A DNA stretch of 63,998 nucleotides, counting the filler, from Ionaspis alba (taxonomy: Eukaryota): assembly GCA_964255285.1 (NCBI GenBank). It is 3 parts of 3 records of this genome, joined end to end, with 100 filler letters (N's around TTAATTAATTAA, not from the genome) between each part and the next. Parts side by side here need not be neighbours in the genome. Positions count along the whole stretch, not along the records: positions 46,837 to 63,998 come from CAXUUL010000327.1; 2 more parts are not named here. One strand, given 5' to 3'. The notes under the pieces are model-generated. The model made no database searches. It saw only the letters and a program-made list of their open reading frames with translations, and was not told the origin of the DNA. The number at the start of each line of letters is the position of its first letter. Positions within the stretch are counted from its first letter, which is position 1. Below are positions 61,920 to 63,998 of the stretch, piece by piece. The position numbers were made by a program, and so were the translations under genes.

Positions 61920-62708
61920 ATGAAGGGAGCAATTTGCAAAATCGCGGCGGTGTTGTCGTTGGCAACTGCCATTCAAGCAGGTGGTGCTGTCAAAGCCGTT
62001 GGCGCAGTTGCCAAAGGTGTCCTAGGAGGCCGAGATGTCCACGAAGACAATGTAGCAGCACTTTTCCGTCGCTACCCAGGTGAGTGATGGATCTTCCGCA
62101 GAAGAGAAACACCGATATCTAAGTCATCCAACCCAACAGCCCCTGCCCTCACCCAGCAAGAGATCCAAAAGAAGCTCCAGAATGGCGAAGCCTTCCACCC
62201 CGCGATCGAAGCGGCCATGAAATCCGCCGGCATAAAGCCTCCACCAGGACGCTCTCCTCCTGCCCCCAAAAAGGTCGCTCGTGCCCCACCTGCCGGTGGT
62301 AAGGCCCTCCACCCTGCCCAAGTGGCCGCCTCCATCAAGTCTGGTCAGATCCCTCCCTCGGTTCTCAGCATGGCCAAGGAGGCTGGTTATGTCGTCCCTA
62401 GCAATCTCGCCAAGGGAGGCAAGCCCGCTGGTGGAGCCAAGGGTGGAAAGCCCGCTGGTGGGAAGCGTGATCTCTATGAGCTTTATGCTCGTGAGGCCGA
62501 AGCTGAGGCCGAAGCTGATGCTGAAGCTGAGGCGGAGGCGGAGGCATACTTCGAGGAGCGCGACGCCTACCCGGAAGCTTATTTTGAGGAAGATGATCTC
62601 TTCGCTCGTGACGCTTACCCAGAGGCTTACTTCGAGGAGCGCGATGCTGAGCCAGAGGCCTACTTCGAGGAGCGCGATGCGTTCTTCGATGAGGATGTCT
62701 ACGCATAG
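61920..62708 (+). CDS. Secreted Kex2-processed peptide precursor (KEP-like) with cationic core and acidic repeat tail
   Basis: ATG at 61920, signal peptide MKGAICKIAAVLSLATAIQA, intron 62080-62139 (GTGAGT...CTAAG...CAG) joining in frame to the 62217-62708 ORF; RR and KR sites; EA/DA/YP dipeptide runs. Confidence 0.85.
62491..62681 (+). repeat. Coding repeats: (EA)n run plus about four copies of EAYFEE(RDA)
   Basis: gaggc.tacttcgaggagcgcga.gc recurs at about 62542, 62623 and 62656, with a diverged copy near 62574. Confidence 0.85.
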
Positions 62709-63998
62709 ATGCCTCGTTGTGCGCCTTCCCTGACGACAGACCTCTCATAGAGCATTGACAAGCATACGCCTGTTGAGTGATTGATCGTGTTGTCCTAGGG
62801 ATTGACAGGCATGCTCTTGTGAGAAGAGGAAAGAATTGGATAAATATGGGAGCAAGGAGTTCAAGGGCATGTTGGAAAACTTGAGTTGCATTGAGACTCA
62901 TAGATGGGATTGCACTGTTTGATTAGAACTTTGAATTAGCTTTGCAATCGATCGATCTCATATTGGTGGTTTCAAGTCAATCATGCAAGAAAGTACTTTG
63001 ACAACAATTAGAACTCGCAAATTCTGCGGTGACTGGGCCAAACGGCACATCCAGTTCGTCTGAAATCACAATCTCATAGAGACAGAGACCACAAAGCAGG
63101 AAATAGTGAAAATGTTCACGTTTAAGGCGTACTAGAGTGAGATGCTCGACGACAATCAGTCAGGTAAGCACGGCAGTCTTACAGAAACGTCGTTATAGGA
63201 ATTAGCAGTACACGTGTCAAAACGCAGCCAAGAAGAGCCGCGAGGGTTGCAGAATAATAATCTCCCATGGTTTGTTGAAAGGATTCGAATCCTCGGATTA
63301 GTTGAAAGCTTGACCACCCCACTGACAGGCATACATGAGAATTTGGGCGTCTGATAAGCCACTTCGCGCACTTCACTTACTTCACTTGTGCGTAGTAAAC
63401 GATCTAGAGGATGTGTGTTTCGGTAATTGCGACCTGGTCTGATCTTTGGAATGGTGGTGTTAGTGATGGCTGAGTCCTAAATATGGCTTTTGATCTTCAC
63501 ATCAACTTCCAAGCCTTTACGCCGTACTAGAAGACTTGTACTGTAATCATGATGGTTCTCTTGAGCGTAGTCTTAAAGTATGCTGTCTTTTCTGCACTCG
63601 CTCACCGTTGAGCCTCAGGATAACTCAATTGTAATGATGAGCTTATCATCGTACAGGGGAGACAGAAATCGAACGAGGGGAAAATTGACAGTGTGAGCGG
63701 CTGAAGAACCACTGCGATCTCGCGCAAGATACCTTCTAGGTAGGTCGTGGGATGCGAAGAGTAAATTAGTCTTGGCGGATGCCTGCCGAGGTAAATATTG
63801 ACGTGGGTTCCGAAGGATTCTGGAACACAAAGATAGACCGAAAAGTCTCACTTACGAGGTCTAGAATACGACTGATCAGAGAAAAGCAGTCGCCTTGTGT
63901 CATCCTAATCCACAAATATGGACTTCAACCATCCTTGACCTCTTCGATTGAGCTGCATCCACAAAGCTCAGAGGAGCATGGCGAACATGATAGCCAAT

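Noticed and set aside
62900..63998. Possible gene fragments at the window end, such as a RiPP tailoring enzyme
   Set aside because: No coherent ORF or DUF3328-type HxxHC motif was found in the frames examined.

Overview
This is a 64-kb window of a filamentous ascomycete (Pezizomycotina) nuclear genome, with about 25 mostly intron-containing protein-coding genes. No RNA genes, CRISPR arrays or intact transposons were recognised. Housekeeping genes: GNAT N-acetyltransferase, METTL16-type methyltransferase, Jen1 carboxylate permease, MET8, PEP7, Usp-domain protein, RSM7, xanthine dehydrogenase, NRK1, MRPL27, UTP14 and an APC amino-acid permease. Accessory or secreted-type genes: a large beta-propeller/Ig-like/4xWSC protein, a PTH11-like receptor, a sulfotransferase-family protein, a UBC-domain protein, an AA9 LPMO, a divergent Ser/Thr kinase and an MBOAT_2 acyltransferase. 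The most unusual element is a small secreted precursor (61920-62708) with Kex2/Ste13-type processing signals, predicted to release cationic peptides and carrying an acidic Tyr-rich repeat tail. A UaY-type CGG-N6-CCG palindrome and GATA sites lie upstream of the xanthine dehydrogenase gene. There are five 100-nt scaffold gaps. Two carry an artificial TTAATTAATTAA linker and two are flanked by exact 55-nt overlaps, so gene order across them and the apparent LPMO frameshift should not be trusted. Exon boundaries were read by eye.
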